A stretch of 64,000 nt of DNA, taken from assembly GCA_947626675.1 (NCBI GenBank), contig CANQTC010000011.1, positions 7,535-71,534 on the forward strand. Reading direction: 5' to 3'. The notes under the pieces were generated by a model. It had not been told where the DNA came from. It did not search any database and worked only from the letters and a program-made list of their open reading frames with translations. Below are positions 1 through 8,759 of this stretch, piece after piece (within the stretch, counting starts at the first letter, position 1; every line of letters starts with the position of its first letter). The position numbers and the translations under genes were made by a program. Origin of the DNA: an uncultured Coprococcus sp. GTDB taxonomy: Bacteria; Bacillota; Clostridia; Lachnospirales; Lachnospiraceae.

Positions 1-20
1 TTTTCAAACGGCCATGTCAT
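1..20 (-). CDS. 5' end of probable ABC transporter permease (runs off window)
   Basis: ATG at 20..18 overlaps the stop of the upstream ATPase (ATGA) and reads MTWPFE...; the position after an ABC ATPase suggests the permease. Confidence 0.5.
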
Positions 21-694
21 AACATTTCACCCCCTACGATTTTTCCGTCCTCAATGCGGACAATCCTATCAGCAAGACGGGCAATATCATCATTGTGGGT
101 AATCATAACTACAGTTTGGTGAAATTCTGCACTGGTACGTTTGATAAGCCCCAACACTTCGGTACTTGTCTTACTATCCAGATTACCTGTCGGCTCATCT
201 GCAAGAATAATCGCTGGTTTCGTAATTAGAGCACGGGCGATGGCTACTCGCTGCTGCTGACCGCCCGAAAGATGATTCGGCATACTGTTAAGTTTATCGT
301 CCAATCCGAGCATATTGACAACATCGTCCATAAACTTCTTGTCTACTGTGTCGCCATCCGATTCAACAGGCAGCACGATATTCTCATACACATTTAGTAT
401 GGGGACAAGGTTATAGTTCTGAAAGATAAAGCCGATGTTGCGGCGACGAAAAATTGTAAGCTGCTCGTCGTTCTTTTTCGCCAATTCCTCGCAACGAACA
501 ATGACTGTTCCGCTTGTAGGTGTATCAAGACCGCCCATTATATGAAGCAAAGTGGATTTTCCACTGCCAGATGTACCGACAACAGCAGCAAACTCCCCCT
601 CGTCTACAGTAAAGTTTATGCCATCGAGGGCACGAGTAATGTTTGGTTCGTCTCCATAATATTTTTTCAATTCAATCGTCTGTAAAATGCTCAT
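17..694 (-). CDS. ABC exporter ATP-binding protein (LolD/MacB-type)
   Basis: Walker A GTSGSGKS, signature [13 protein letters not shown], Walker [13 protein letters not shown]-loop ITH. Confidence 0.95.
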   Translation of the reverse strand: MSILQTIELKKYYGDEPNITRALDGINFTVDEGEFAAVVGTSGSGKSTLLHIMGGLDTPTSGTVIVRCEELAKKNDEQLTIFRRRNIGFIFQNYNLVPILNVYENIVLPVESDGDTVDKKFMDDVVNMLGLDDKLNSMPNHLSGGQQQRVAIARALITKPAIILADEPTGNLDSKTSTEVLGLIKRTSAEFHQTVVMITHNDDIARLADRIVRIEDGKIVGGEML

Positions 695-732
695 ATTTCA
701 AACTCCTTTCAAGACCTCCATCTGTTGATAAG

Positions 733-810
733 GATAGTGTAAAACCCAAATGTCGCAGAAATATCCGAAAGTGTAAGAAATCCGATTGAAAAACGGGCTG
801 AAATGTTACA
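733..810 (-). promoter_or_regulatory. Putative response-regulator-controlled promoter of the ABC operon
   Basis: -10-like TACACT (741..736) with AAATGT-type repeats; TGAAATGTTACA at 799..810 is identical to 2621..2632. Confidence 0.45.
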
Positions 811-849
811 AGACTCGGACATTTCAAAAAAACTTTTGCGATGGATAGT

Positions 850-1881
850 TTATCTCATGGGGAGCATAATAGAAAAGGCAGAACCTTTCCCTACTTCCGA
901 CACTACTTTGATATAGCCGCCCTGCTGTGTGATAATTTCACGAGCTAAATACAGACCGATACCAACGCCTGCTTGTTCGTGTACTTCTTCTTCCCGATAG
1001 AAACGACGGAAGATAGCGGCTTGATTGCTTTCAGATATGCCTTTGCCAGTATCAGTTACTTTTATTTCAAGATACATTTCCCGTTGCTCCACGGTTACAT
1101 CAATTTTACCACCTGCGGGTGTGTATTTTACCGCATTGTCCAACAGATTAAAAAGGGCTTCTGCTGTCCACTTGCTGTCGTGGGCAGCCGTCAGGTTTTC
1201 GGGACAGGCTACTGAAACGCTAATCCGTTTTTTCTCCGCCTCATAAACAATCCCACTCATAGCCTGAGCTACAGTATCATAGATATGCCCCATTTTCTTT
1301 TCCAGGCGTATTACGCCTGTTTCCAGCCGAGAAGTTTTCACAAGGGCTTGGAAAAGAAAATCCAGTCTATCCGTTTGAGTGCGGATTCCCTGAATAAAAT
1401 CCATACGCTCTACTTCCGTTACAGAGTTTGTGAGCAACGTATCCGTTGCCATTTTCAGATTACTTACTGGTGTTTTTACTTGGTGGGAAATATCGGATAC
1501 GAGGGCTTGTAATTCTTGATGTTCTTCATCAACTTTGCGACGGTTCTCCTGCATAATCTGATACAAACGGTTCAGTCGGTGGCTAATACGGGCAAACAAG
1601 GTTTCACTGTCATCAGCCCGTTTTAGCTCTTTACCGCCATTTATCATATCATCCAGAGTCTTACATAAATCAGAGGTAAACAAGGAAAGTCTTTTCCCGA
1701 AAGCCTGAGTCAGTATAAAAAGCCAGATAAGCGCACAAAGAGTCAATGCGCCTCCGAATGCTAATACTGCAATTTCAAGCGTTACAGCAAATATGATAAG
1801 AGTAATGGTCAGCATAGAAAGTGATGCTCCTATGCAAATCCATCGGAACAGACCTTTCACAGAGAGGTTTCCTGTTTTCAT
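850..1881 (-). CDS. Membrane sensor histidine kinase
   Basis: Two TM segments, H-box SHQVKTP, N-box NLLDNAVKY, G-boxes DTGKGI/GVGIGL; start placed at the ATG overlapping the regulator stop. Confidence 0.95.
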   Translation of the reverse strand: MKTGNLSVKGLFRWICIGASLSMLTITLIIFAVTLEIAVLAFGGALTLCALIWLFILTQAFGKRLSLFTSDLCKTLDDMINGGKELKRADDSETLFARISHRLNRLYQIMQENRRKVDEEHQELQALVSDISHQVKTPVSNLKMATDTLLTNSVTEVERMDFIQGIRTQTDRLDFLFQALVKTSRLETGVIRLEKKMGHIYDTVAQAMSGIVYEAEKKRISVSVACPENLTAAHDSKWTAEALFNLLDNAVKYTPAGGKIDVTVEQREMYLEIKVTDTGKGISESNQAAIFRRFYREEEVHEQAGVGIGLYLAREIITQQGGYIKVVSEVGKGSAFSIMLPMR

Positions 1882-2570
1882 TTTGCTTCGCCTCCCGTCC
1901 ATTGATACCCCATACCGTAAATTGTTTTAATATAGGGTGTACCGCCGTCTGATTCAATTTTACTTCGTATACGACTGATTGTGGTTGTCAGTGTATGTTC
2001 ATCAACAAATTTCTCGTCAATATCCCACAGCCTTTCCAAAAGCTGTCTGCGGGTTAAAACCTGTTTAGGATTTTTTTGGAACAGGTTCAGCATTTTATAT
2101 TCCATCGATGAGAGCATCAGTGTTTTCCCATTCAAGAGAGCTTTCTGTTCCGAAAAATCAAGGAACAGTCTGCCATCATCGTAAATATCCCGTGCTGGCT
2201 TATGATATTCTACCATAGAAAACATGGCTTTAATTTTTCTTTGTAACGCCCCTATCACAAATGGTTTGGTAATATAATCAACCGCCCCTACTTCATATCC
2301 TCGTATCTGGTCGCTTTCTTGGTCGTTAGCTGTCAGAAAAATCACAATAGTATTTGGGTGTTCTGGCTTAATCAGCCTACATAAATCATATCCGTTTCCG
2401 TCTGGCAGATTAATATCAAGCAGTACTAAATCATATTCCCTTGAACGCAGTGCTTCGGCTGCTTCCCTTGCATTCAGTACAGATTTTATGTCATAACCGT
2501 CCGCAGCCAGATTATAGGAGAGCATTTTATTTAAAAAGCTGTCATCCTCAACAACTAAAATGTGTTTCAT
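1878..2570 (-). CDS. OmpR-family response regulator
   Basis: VEDD, LLDINLPD, DYITKPF receiver motifs; winged-helix end IKTIYGMGY. Confidence 0.95.
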   Translation of the reverse strand: MKHILVVEDDSFLNKMLSYNLAADGYDIKSVLNAREAAEALRSREYDLVLLDINLPDGNGYDLCRLIKPEHPNTIVIFLTANDQESDQIRGYEVGAVDYITKPFVIGALQRKIKAMFSMVEYHKPARDIYDDGRLFLDFSEQKALLNGKTLMLSSMEYKMLNLFQKNPKQVLTRRQLLERLWDIDEKFVDEHTLTTTISRIRSKIESDGGTPYIKTIYGMGYQWTGGEAK

Positions 2571-2605
2571 GTCCTTACTTCCTTTGCTTTTTTACCGATA
2601 GTATA

Positions 2606-3073
2606 TCAGGCAAATGTCCGTGAAATGTTACAGCGAAAATTTTTTATCATATTCCACGAATGGAATTGCAATGTAACAATCATAAAAGTGCCATATATAT
2701 TATAAATATCCAGAATATGAACCGCAATCTCCCTCGCACAAGCCCGTATGTTATTTATTCTTCCAATCCATTCTAAAGCGTTTTCTTCCTTTAGCTGTTC
2801 TGTGATACCCTGTGCCTGTTTCATACCCTCTACAAGCCTTTCAAAGCGTTCCTGCGCCTGTTTATCAATCTCCGCAAGGTAAGCGTTGAGCCTGCCGCTT
2901 GTTAGCAGATTGATATATGTACCTCTGTGGTACTCTTTGAGATAGTGTAAGTGACACTCTCCCCATACGCCTATGGGCTGTTCTTCTTCGGCGGGTAATC
3001 TCAAATCTGGGATGAGATACCCATTTTCTTCGTGATATGTGCCGCCTAACTGTTCAAATAATGATTTTGCCAT
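2606..3073 (-). CDS. tnpV: TnpV transposon-encoded protein, C-terminus apparently altered
   Basis: MAKSLFEQLGGTY..GYLIPDL..LLTSGRLNAYLAEID..GITEQLK..NNIRACAREI matches TnpV; sequence after AREI looks like read-through. Confidence 0.8.
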   Translation of the reverse strand: MAKSLFEQLGGTYHEENGYLIPDLRLPAEEEQPIGVWGECHLHYLKEYHRGTYINLLTSGRLNAYLAEIDKQAQERFERLVEGMKQAQGITEQLKEENALEWIGRINNIRACAREIAVHILDIYNIYGTFMIVTLQFHSWNMIKNFRCNISRTFA

Positions 3074-3213
3074 TTTTATAATTCCTCCATATGATTTGAA
3101 TTTTCCCTACAATTCAATCATTCTGGCTGATTACAAAGCGAAAGGGAAACAACTTCCTTACGAAGTGTTCCCCTTCTGTCCTCCTTTCTTTGAGGGGGCG
3201 CGCTTCCCTATAA

Positions 3214-3459
3214 CCTTATTATACTTATCTGTTAGAGTGTTTAGATGTAAACGATATTGTTTTGTGTAATGAGAAAAATGATATTGAAAAAATCGAAGGA
3301 GTATTTAAGTATAGAATAAAGGGAAAATTGCGAGATGAAGAAAATGGAATCATTGAAGTATATGGTTTTGACTTGCATATTGATGAAGGAAAAATCCCTG
3401 GGGATATAGAAAATGAGACATATGTGCAATTTATTGTATCAAGAATTGATATATGGTAG
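3214..3459 (+). pseudogene. Probably 5'-truncated hypothetical gene
   Basis: Frame open from 3214 (..LECLDVNDIVLCNEK..SRIDIW), coding-like AT-rich composition, no RBS before the TTG at 3262. Confidence 0.45.
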
Positions 3460-3562
3460 AACAATTATAATTACACCTTAAGAAGCTTGGATTGTCAGAT
3501 GAACTGATAAGTGAATTTGCAAAGAACTTCGGAAACAGCGGACTTGACTGGTTAAGGCAGGC

Positions 3563-3790
3563 AAGGGGATTGCGTCTGCGCATATCCATAATGAGCTTGA
3601 TTTCATCCTGTGTATGCTGGTTGGGATGGTGATGCGGTGTGCGAGAACGGTCACGCATGTCTTGTGTTATAGCATTCATAGCAGGGAACTCCTTTACGTT
3701 TTGTTTTTTTGTGGTGATTAAACCATAACACAAAGGCAGCATCTCTGCTTTTTAATTATTCAGTTGTAACAAATGTATTGTAAGCCTACA
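3563..3790 (-). mobile_element. IS remnant (IS481-like), internally deleted transposase N-terminus
   Basis: End reads TGTAGGCTTACAATACATTTGTTACA from 3790; peptide MNAITQDMR-DRSRTPHHHPNQHTQDEIKLIMDMRRRNP resembles the start of a clostridial DDE transposase, minus the HTH segment and catalytic core. Confidence 0.65.
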
Positions 3791-3868
3791 TACTTGGCAG
3801 AAATGAAAAAATAGAAAATATTGTAAGAAAATAAATAGTATGTTAAAATACAATGTATGAGAATACTG

Positions 3869-3909
3869 GAAAACCACCCGTAACTTGGCTCAAGTGATGG
3901 GTGGTTTTC
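3869..3909. terminator. Stem-loop upstream of the GH36 gene
   Basis: GAAAACCACCC...GGGTGGTTTTC inverted repeat. Confidence 0.45.
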
Positions 3910-3964
3910 TGTTCACATTATATCCGTACAGAGAAAAGAATGATACATGGGAGGGACATATATT

Positions 3965-6133
3965 ATGGCAGATATCAAAAGGTGGATTCCAATCGAGGAG
4001 GACGGAATTTACATTTTATTCGGCATTACGAATGAAAAACAGCTAAAACTGATGCATTTTTCATCACAGCCATATCAGTATGTGGATGAAAACGGAGAAT
4101 ATAAAACAGATGAAACAGGACAGTTTATTGAGGAAGGCTTTCAACTGGTACAGGTGAGTTTTTCAGGATATAACAGACCTTATGAGAAGCACGGAAACAA
4201 ACATATCGTGACAGCACCGGGATATATGCTTGCTTTTATCGATATGAAAGATGAATATAATGAGCTGGGACGAAAACTGACCATTACGCAGAAAGATGAA
4301 CGAACCGGCGCAAAGGTTATTTCTTATATGCAGTTTTATAAAGGAACTTCGACGATTCGTATGTATCATGATGTCATCAATGAAGGGGATACGGAGCAGA
4401 CGCTGGAATATATTTCTTCCTTTTATTATCTCGGAATAGAAAAAGAAGGAAAGGAAAGTTCTGATACAAAAATGAAACTGACATATGCCTGTCATGGCTG
4501 GCAGAAGGAGATGAACTTCAGAACCGTAACTTTTCCGGACATGGGACTGGGACAGACGCAGCCAACCGTATTGCAACGTACATCGTCTACATTTGAACTG
4601 ACGAATACAGGTAACTGGTCTACAAAACGGTATCTTCCGATGGGATATCTTGAAAATACTGAGGCGGGTACGGGACTTTACTGGCAGATAGAGCATAATG
4701 GCTCGTGGCATACGGAAATAAGTGACGAAAACAATCATTTTTATCTGGCATTAAGCGGTCCTACAGAGATACAGTCGCATTGGTTTCAGTGTTTGAAGCC
4801 CGGAGAACGATTTACTTCCGTACCTGTCGCTGTCGGGGTATCAGATGCAGATTTTGATAAAGCAATGGGGCAGCTTACAAAATATCGTCGTATGATTAGA
4901 AGACCAAATGCTGACAATGAAAATCTCCCTGTTATCTTTAATGATTATATGAATTGTCTGTTTGGCGCTCCGACGACAGAAAAAGAACTTCCGTTAATCG
5001 ACGCGGCGGCAGAAATCGGCTGTGAGTATTATGTAATCGACGCAGGCTGGTATGCGCCGGGAGAATGGTGGGACAGTGTAGGCGAATGGCAGCCCAGCAT
5101 AGAACGTTTCCCAAATGGAATAGAAGAAGTGACGGAATATATCAGAAAAAAGGGTATGGTTCCCGGACTGTGGCTGGAGCTTGAGGTAATGGGAATCAAT
5201 TGCGAGAAAGCCAAAAAAGCGCCTGATGACTGGTTCTTTGTGCGGCATGGCAAAAGGGTTTTCGACCGCAGCAGGTATCAGCTTGATTTCCGTAATCCGG
5301 AAGTTATAGCGCATGTTGATGAAGTAATTGACAGAGTTGTAAACAAATATGGTGTCGGATATATCAAGATGGATTATAATATAGAGCCGGGTATCGGAAC
5401 AGAACTTTATGCAGACAGTGTCGGACAAGGGATGTTAGAGCATGAACGTGCATATCTTGCGTGGCTTGATGGCATTTTTCAGAAATATCCGGGGCTTGTG
5501 ATTGAAAACTGCTCAAGCGGCGGACTTCGTACAGACTATGCAATGCTTTCGAGATACAGCATCCAGTCCACGTCCGACCAGGAGGATTACAGGAACTACG
5601 CAACGATAGCAGCAAATGCGGCGGCGGCGCTTACACCTGAACAGGCGGCAGTATGGTCATACCCAATGAAAAACGGAGATATGGAGGAAACCATCTATAA
5701 TATGGTAAATGCACTTCTTCTCCGTATTCACCAAAGCGGACATATAGTGGAGATATCGCCTTCCCGCAGAGAACTTGTGAAAGAAGGAATAGAATATTAT
5801 AAAAAAATCAGAAGTGATATCAGACAGGCTGTTCCTGCGTGGCCGCTTGGACTTGCCGGAAGTTTGGACACATGGCTTTCATCTGCGCTTCGGGTTAAAG
5901 AGAAAACATATCTTGCAGTCTGGAGACGTTATGGTGAGCAGGATACATGTAGCATACCGATTGATAAGCTTGTAAAATCAGATATTGACAATGAAAAAAT
6001 TCATATCAGTCTTGCCTATCCGGCAGAGAAACTGCATGAGAACGTGGATTATCAGCTGTCGGATGACAAAAAATATCTGAATGTGACTTTCAGACAGGTG
6101 GTTATGGCGAGAATATTTGAAATAACATATTGA
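3965..6133 (+). CDS. Alpha-galactosidase, GH36
   Basis: VIDAGW, PGLWLELE, YIKMDYN (nucleophile), ENCSSGGLR, QSTSD motifs; RBS before ATG 3965. Confidence 0.9.
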   Translation: MADIKRWIPIEEDGIYILFGITNEKQLKLMHFSSQPYQYVDENGEYKTDETGQFIEEGFQLVQVSFSGYNRPYEKHGNKHIVTAPGYMLAFIDMKDEYNELGRKLTITQKDERTGAKVISYMQFYKGTSTIRMYHDVINEGDTEQTLEYISSFYYLGIEKEGKESSDTKMKLTYACHGWQKEMNFRTVTFPDMGLGQTQPTVLQRTSSTFELTNTGNWSTKRYLPMGYLENTEAGTGLYWQIEHNGSWHTEISDENNHFYLALSGPTEIQSHWFQCLKPGERFTSVPVAVGVSDADFDKAMGQLTKYRRMIRRPNADNENLPVIFNDYMNCLFGAPTTEKELPLIDAAAEIGCEYYVIDAGWYAPGEWWDSVGEWQPSIERFPNGIEEVTEYIRKKGMVPGLWLELEVMGINCEKAKKAPDDWFFVRHGKRVFDRSRYQLDFRNPEVIAHVDEVIDRVVNKYGVGYIKMDYNIEPGIGTELYADSVGQGMLEHERAYLAWLDGIFQKYPGLVIENCSSGGLRTDYAMLSRYSIQSTSDQEDYRNYATIAANAAAALTPEQAAVWSYPMKNGDMEETIYNMVNALLLRIHQSGHIVEISPSRRELVKEGIEYYKKIRSDIRQAVPAWPLGLAGSLDTWLSSALRVKEKTYLAVWRRYGEQDTCSIPIDKLVKSDIDNEKIHISLAYPAEKLHENVDYQLSDDKKYLNVTFRQVVMARIFEITY

Positions 6134-6164
6134 TGCCGTCAGGCAATAAAAAGCATGTAATTTC

Positions 6165-6194
6165 TTGACATTATATACAAGGGAGAATTATAAT
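6165..6194 (+). promoter_or_regulatory. Sigma-A promoter of metG
   Basis: TTGACA-N18-TATAAT. Confidence 0.65.
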
Positions 6195-6257
6195 TCTACT
6201 ATTATTGCACAGGCATTTCATTTGTGTCTGTAGTTTTTTTGAAGGAGGGTTTTTGAA

Positions 6258-8294
6258 ATGTCGAAAAAACCATATTATATTACAACGGCGATTGCATATG
6301 CTTCAGGTAAGCCTCATATAGGCAACACATATGAAATCGTACTGGCTGACAGTATCGCAAGATATAAAAGATTTGCGGGATATGATGTAAGATTTCAGAC
6401 AGGAACAGACGAGCATGGACAGAAGATTGAGAATAAGGCTTTTGAGAACATGCAGACACCAAAAGAATTTGTAGATGATACTGCATCTCAGATTAAGAAT
6501 ATCTGGGATTTGATGAATACATCATATGATAAATTTATCAGAACAACAGATGAGGACCATGAGAAGCAGGTTCAGAAGATATTTAAGAAATTATATGATA
6601 AAGGCGATATTTATAAAGGGGAATATGTAGGAAAGTATTGTACGCCATGTGAATCATTCTTTACAGATTCACAGCTTATCGATGGAAAATGCCCTGACTG
6701 CGGAAGACCTGTAGAAGAGGCGAAGGAGGAAGCCTATTTCTTTAAGCTTTCAAAATATCAGGACAGGCTTATGAAGCATATTGAAGAAAATCCTGATTTT
6801 ATTCAGCCTGAATCAAGAAAAAATGAAATGGTGAATAATTTCCTGAAACCGGGACTTCAGGACCTTTGCGTATCAAGAACATCGTTTAAATGGGGAATAC
6901 CGGTAGATTTTGATGACAAACATATTATTTATGTCTGGATAGATGCACTTTCAAATTATATTACCGGACTTGGATATGACGCAGATGGAAAAAATGATGA
7001 CTTGTATAAGAAGTATTGGCCTGCCGACCTTCATCTGATTGGAAAAGACATTTTAAGATTTCATACGATTTATTGGCCGATTATGTTGATGGCGCTTGAC
7101 CTGCCGTTGCCGAAACAGGTATTTGGACACCCGTGGCTTATTCAAAGTGATGGCAAGATGAGTAAGTCAAAAGGAAACGTTATGTATGCGGATGATATGG
7201 TAAGGCTTTTCGGTGTGGATGCCGTAAGGTTTTTTGTTCTTCATGAGATGCCGTTTGATAATGATGGTATTATATCATGGGAGCTTGTTGTAGAAAGAAT
7301 TAATTCGGAACTGGCAAATACACTTGGCAATCTTGTGAACAGAACCATATCCATGTCAAATAAATATTTTGGCGGTGTGGTTACAAATACAGAAGTAAAT
7401 GAAGAAGTAGATGAAGAACTTAAAAAAGTGGTTCTTGGATGCAGAAGTAAAGTGGCAGAATGTATGGATAAGCTTAAGGTGGCTGATGCCATATCTGAGA
7501 TATTTGCGCTGTTTAAGCGATGCAATAAATATATTGATGAGACGATGCCGTGGGCTCTTGCAAAGGAAGAAGACAAAAAATCCCGTCTGAATACGGTGCT
7601 TTACAACCTGGTTGAGAGTATCATAATCGGCGCTTCGCTTCTTGAACCTTATATGCCTGATACTTCAATCAAGATTTTAAATCAGTTGAATGCTGTTAAG
7701 AGAAAGGTAACAGAACTTGGAAGCTTTGGACTGTATCCTTCGGGCAATAAAGTGACAGAGACACCTGAAATCTTATTTGCAAGACTTGATGTAAAAGAGG
7801 TAATGGAAAAGGTTGCTGAATTTTCTCCTGTAAAAGAAGAAAATATTTATGAGGAAGCAAAGAGAAAGAAGGAAGAAAACGCCAATTCACCGGAGACAAA
7901 GAAAGCAAAGCTGGCAGAGAAAAAAGTTGCCGCGTTGAACGAGGATAAATCGGTCATCAATAAGCCGGAGATTCGTATTGATGAATTTGAAAAAATGCAG
8001 CTTATGATTGGTGAGATTATTGCATGTGAAGAAGTTCAGAATTCAAGAAAGCTGCTCTGTTCAAAAGTGAAATTTGGTGAGGATAACGTAAAGCAGATTG
8101 TATCAGGAATTAAGGGATACTACAGCGCCGAAGAAATGGTCGGAAAAAAGGTAGTTGCAGTTGTAAACCTGAAACCTTGTAAGCTGGCCGGCGTTGTTTC
8201 GGAAGGAATGTTGCTTTGCGCTGAGGATGCAGATGGAAACTTATCACTTCTTACGACAGAAAAAGGACTGCCTGGAGGTTCTTTAATCAGTTAG
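6258..8294 (+). CDS. metG: Methionine--tRNA ligase
   Basis: HIGN (HIGH), KMSKS, zinc knuckle CTPC/CPDC, C-terminal tRNA-binding OB domain. Confidence 0.98.
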   Translation: MSKKPYYITTAIAYASGKPHIGNTYEIVLADSIARYKRFAGYDVRFQTGTDEHGQKIENKAFENMQTPKEFVDDTASQIKNIWDLMNTSYDKFIRTTDEDHEKQVQKIFKKLYDKGDIYKGEYVGKYCTPCESFFTDSQLIDGKCPDCGRPVEEAKEEAYFFKLSKYQDRLMKHIEENPDFIQPESRKNEMVNNFLKPGLQDLCVSRTSFKWGIPVDFDDKHIIYVWIDALSNYITGLGYDADGKNDDLYKKYWPADLHLIGKDILRFHTIYWPIMLMALDLPLPKQVFGHPWLIQSDGKMSKSKGNVMYADDMVRLFGVDAVRFFVLHEMPFDNDGIISWELVVERINSELANTLGNLVNRTISMSNKYFGGVVTNTEVNEEVDEELKKVVLGCRSKVAECMDKLKVADAISEIFALFKRCNKYIDETMPWALAKEEDKKSRLNTVLYNLVESIIIGASLLEPYMPDTSIKILNQLNAVKRKVTELGSFGLYPSGNKVTETPEILFARLDVKEVMEKVAEFSPVKEENIYEEAKRKKEENANSPETKKAKLAEKKVAALNEDKSVINKPEIRIDEFEKMQLMIGEIIACEEVQNSRKLLCSKVKFGEDNVKQIVSGIKGYYSAEEMVGKKVVAVVNLKPCKLAGVVSEGMLLCAEDADGNLSLLTTEKGLPGGSLIS

Positions 8295-8356
8295 TTTCAG
8301 ATATCATATTTCTTTATATTAAAAATACTGTTTATGAACAGTTCAGTTATTTGCGA

Positions 8357-8394
8357 CCGCCAGACTGTATCTACAGTCTGGCGGCTGTAACTGG
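8357..8394 (+). terminator. Stem-loop after metG
   Basis: CCGCCAGACTGTA-TC-TACAGTCTGGCGG perfect stem; weak U tract. Confidence 0.6.
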
Positions 8395-8509
8395 CGGATT
8401 GTTACAAGTAAACAAAAACTACTCCTTGTATTCGTTGATTTATTCAAAAATGTATGGTAAAATTTTATCAGTCATATTTTGGGAGGATATGATTTTGGAA
8501 AGATTTAGA

Positions 8510-8668
8510 AATCTTAGCGCCATGAACCCTGGGTATCGGAATATATTTTCAGGGGTGACGAGGATGGAGATTATCGAAAATTCGGCGGATGTCTCCACGT
8601 ATGCTCCGGATGCGCACATGTATTCAAATATGAGGGTAACCTCAAAACAAATGTACATGACCGGATGA
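8510..8668 (+). ncRNA. glmS ribozyme: glmS ribozyme (GlcN6P-activated self-cleaving riboswitch)
   Basis: AGCGCC at the cleavage site (8516), P1 CCCTG/CAGGG, core GACGAGG..ATCGAA..CGGCGGATG, TGAGG-GTAA-CCTCA tetraloop hairpin, CATGTA/TACATG stem; lies in the glmS leader. Confidence 0.93.
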
Positions 8669-8759
8669 ATAGTATCTTTTTACAGCACATAGCATAGATG
8701 TAAGAAGATGACAAATACCAGATTGATGCTGGTCATAGCCGAAAGGAGAATATAAAATT

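Noticed and set aside
3431-3742. 103-aa ORF as a functional transposase
   Set aside because: Only ~38 aa are transposase-like and there is no DDE core
6134-6257. T-box or SAM riboswitch before metG
   Set aside because: Only ~60 nt between the promoter and the start codon; no T-box motif
8351-8668. 105-aa and 72-aa ORFs upstream of glmS
   Set aside because: They overlap a terminator-like hairpin and the glmS ribozyme and have no protein features
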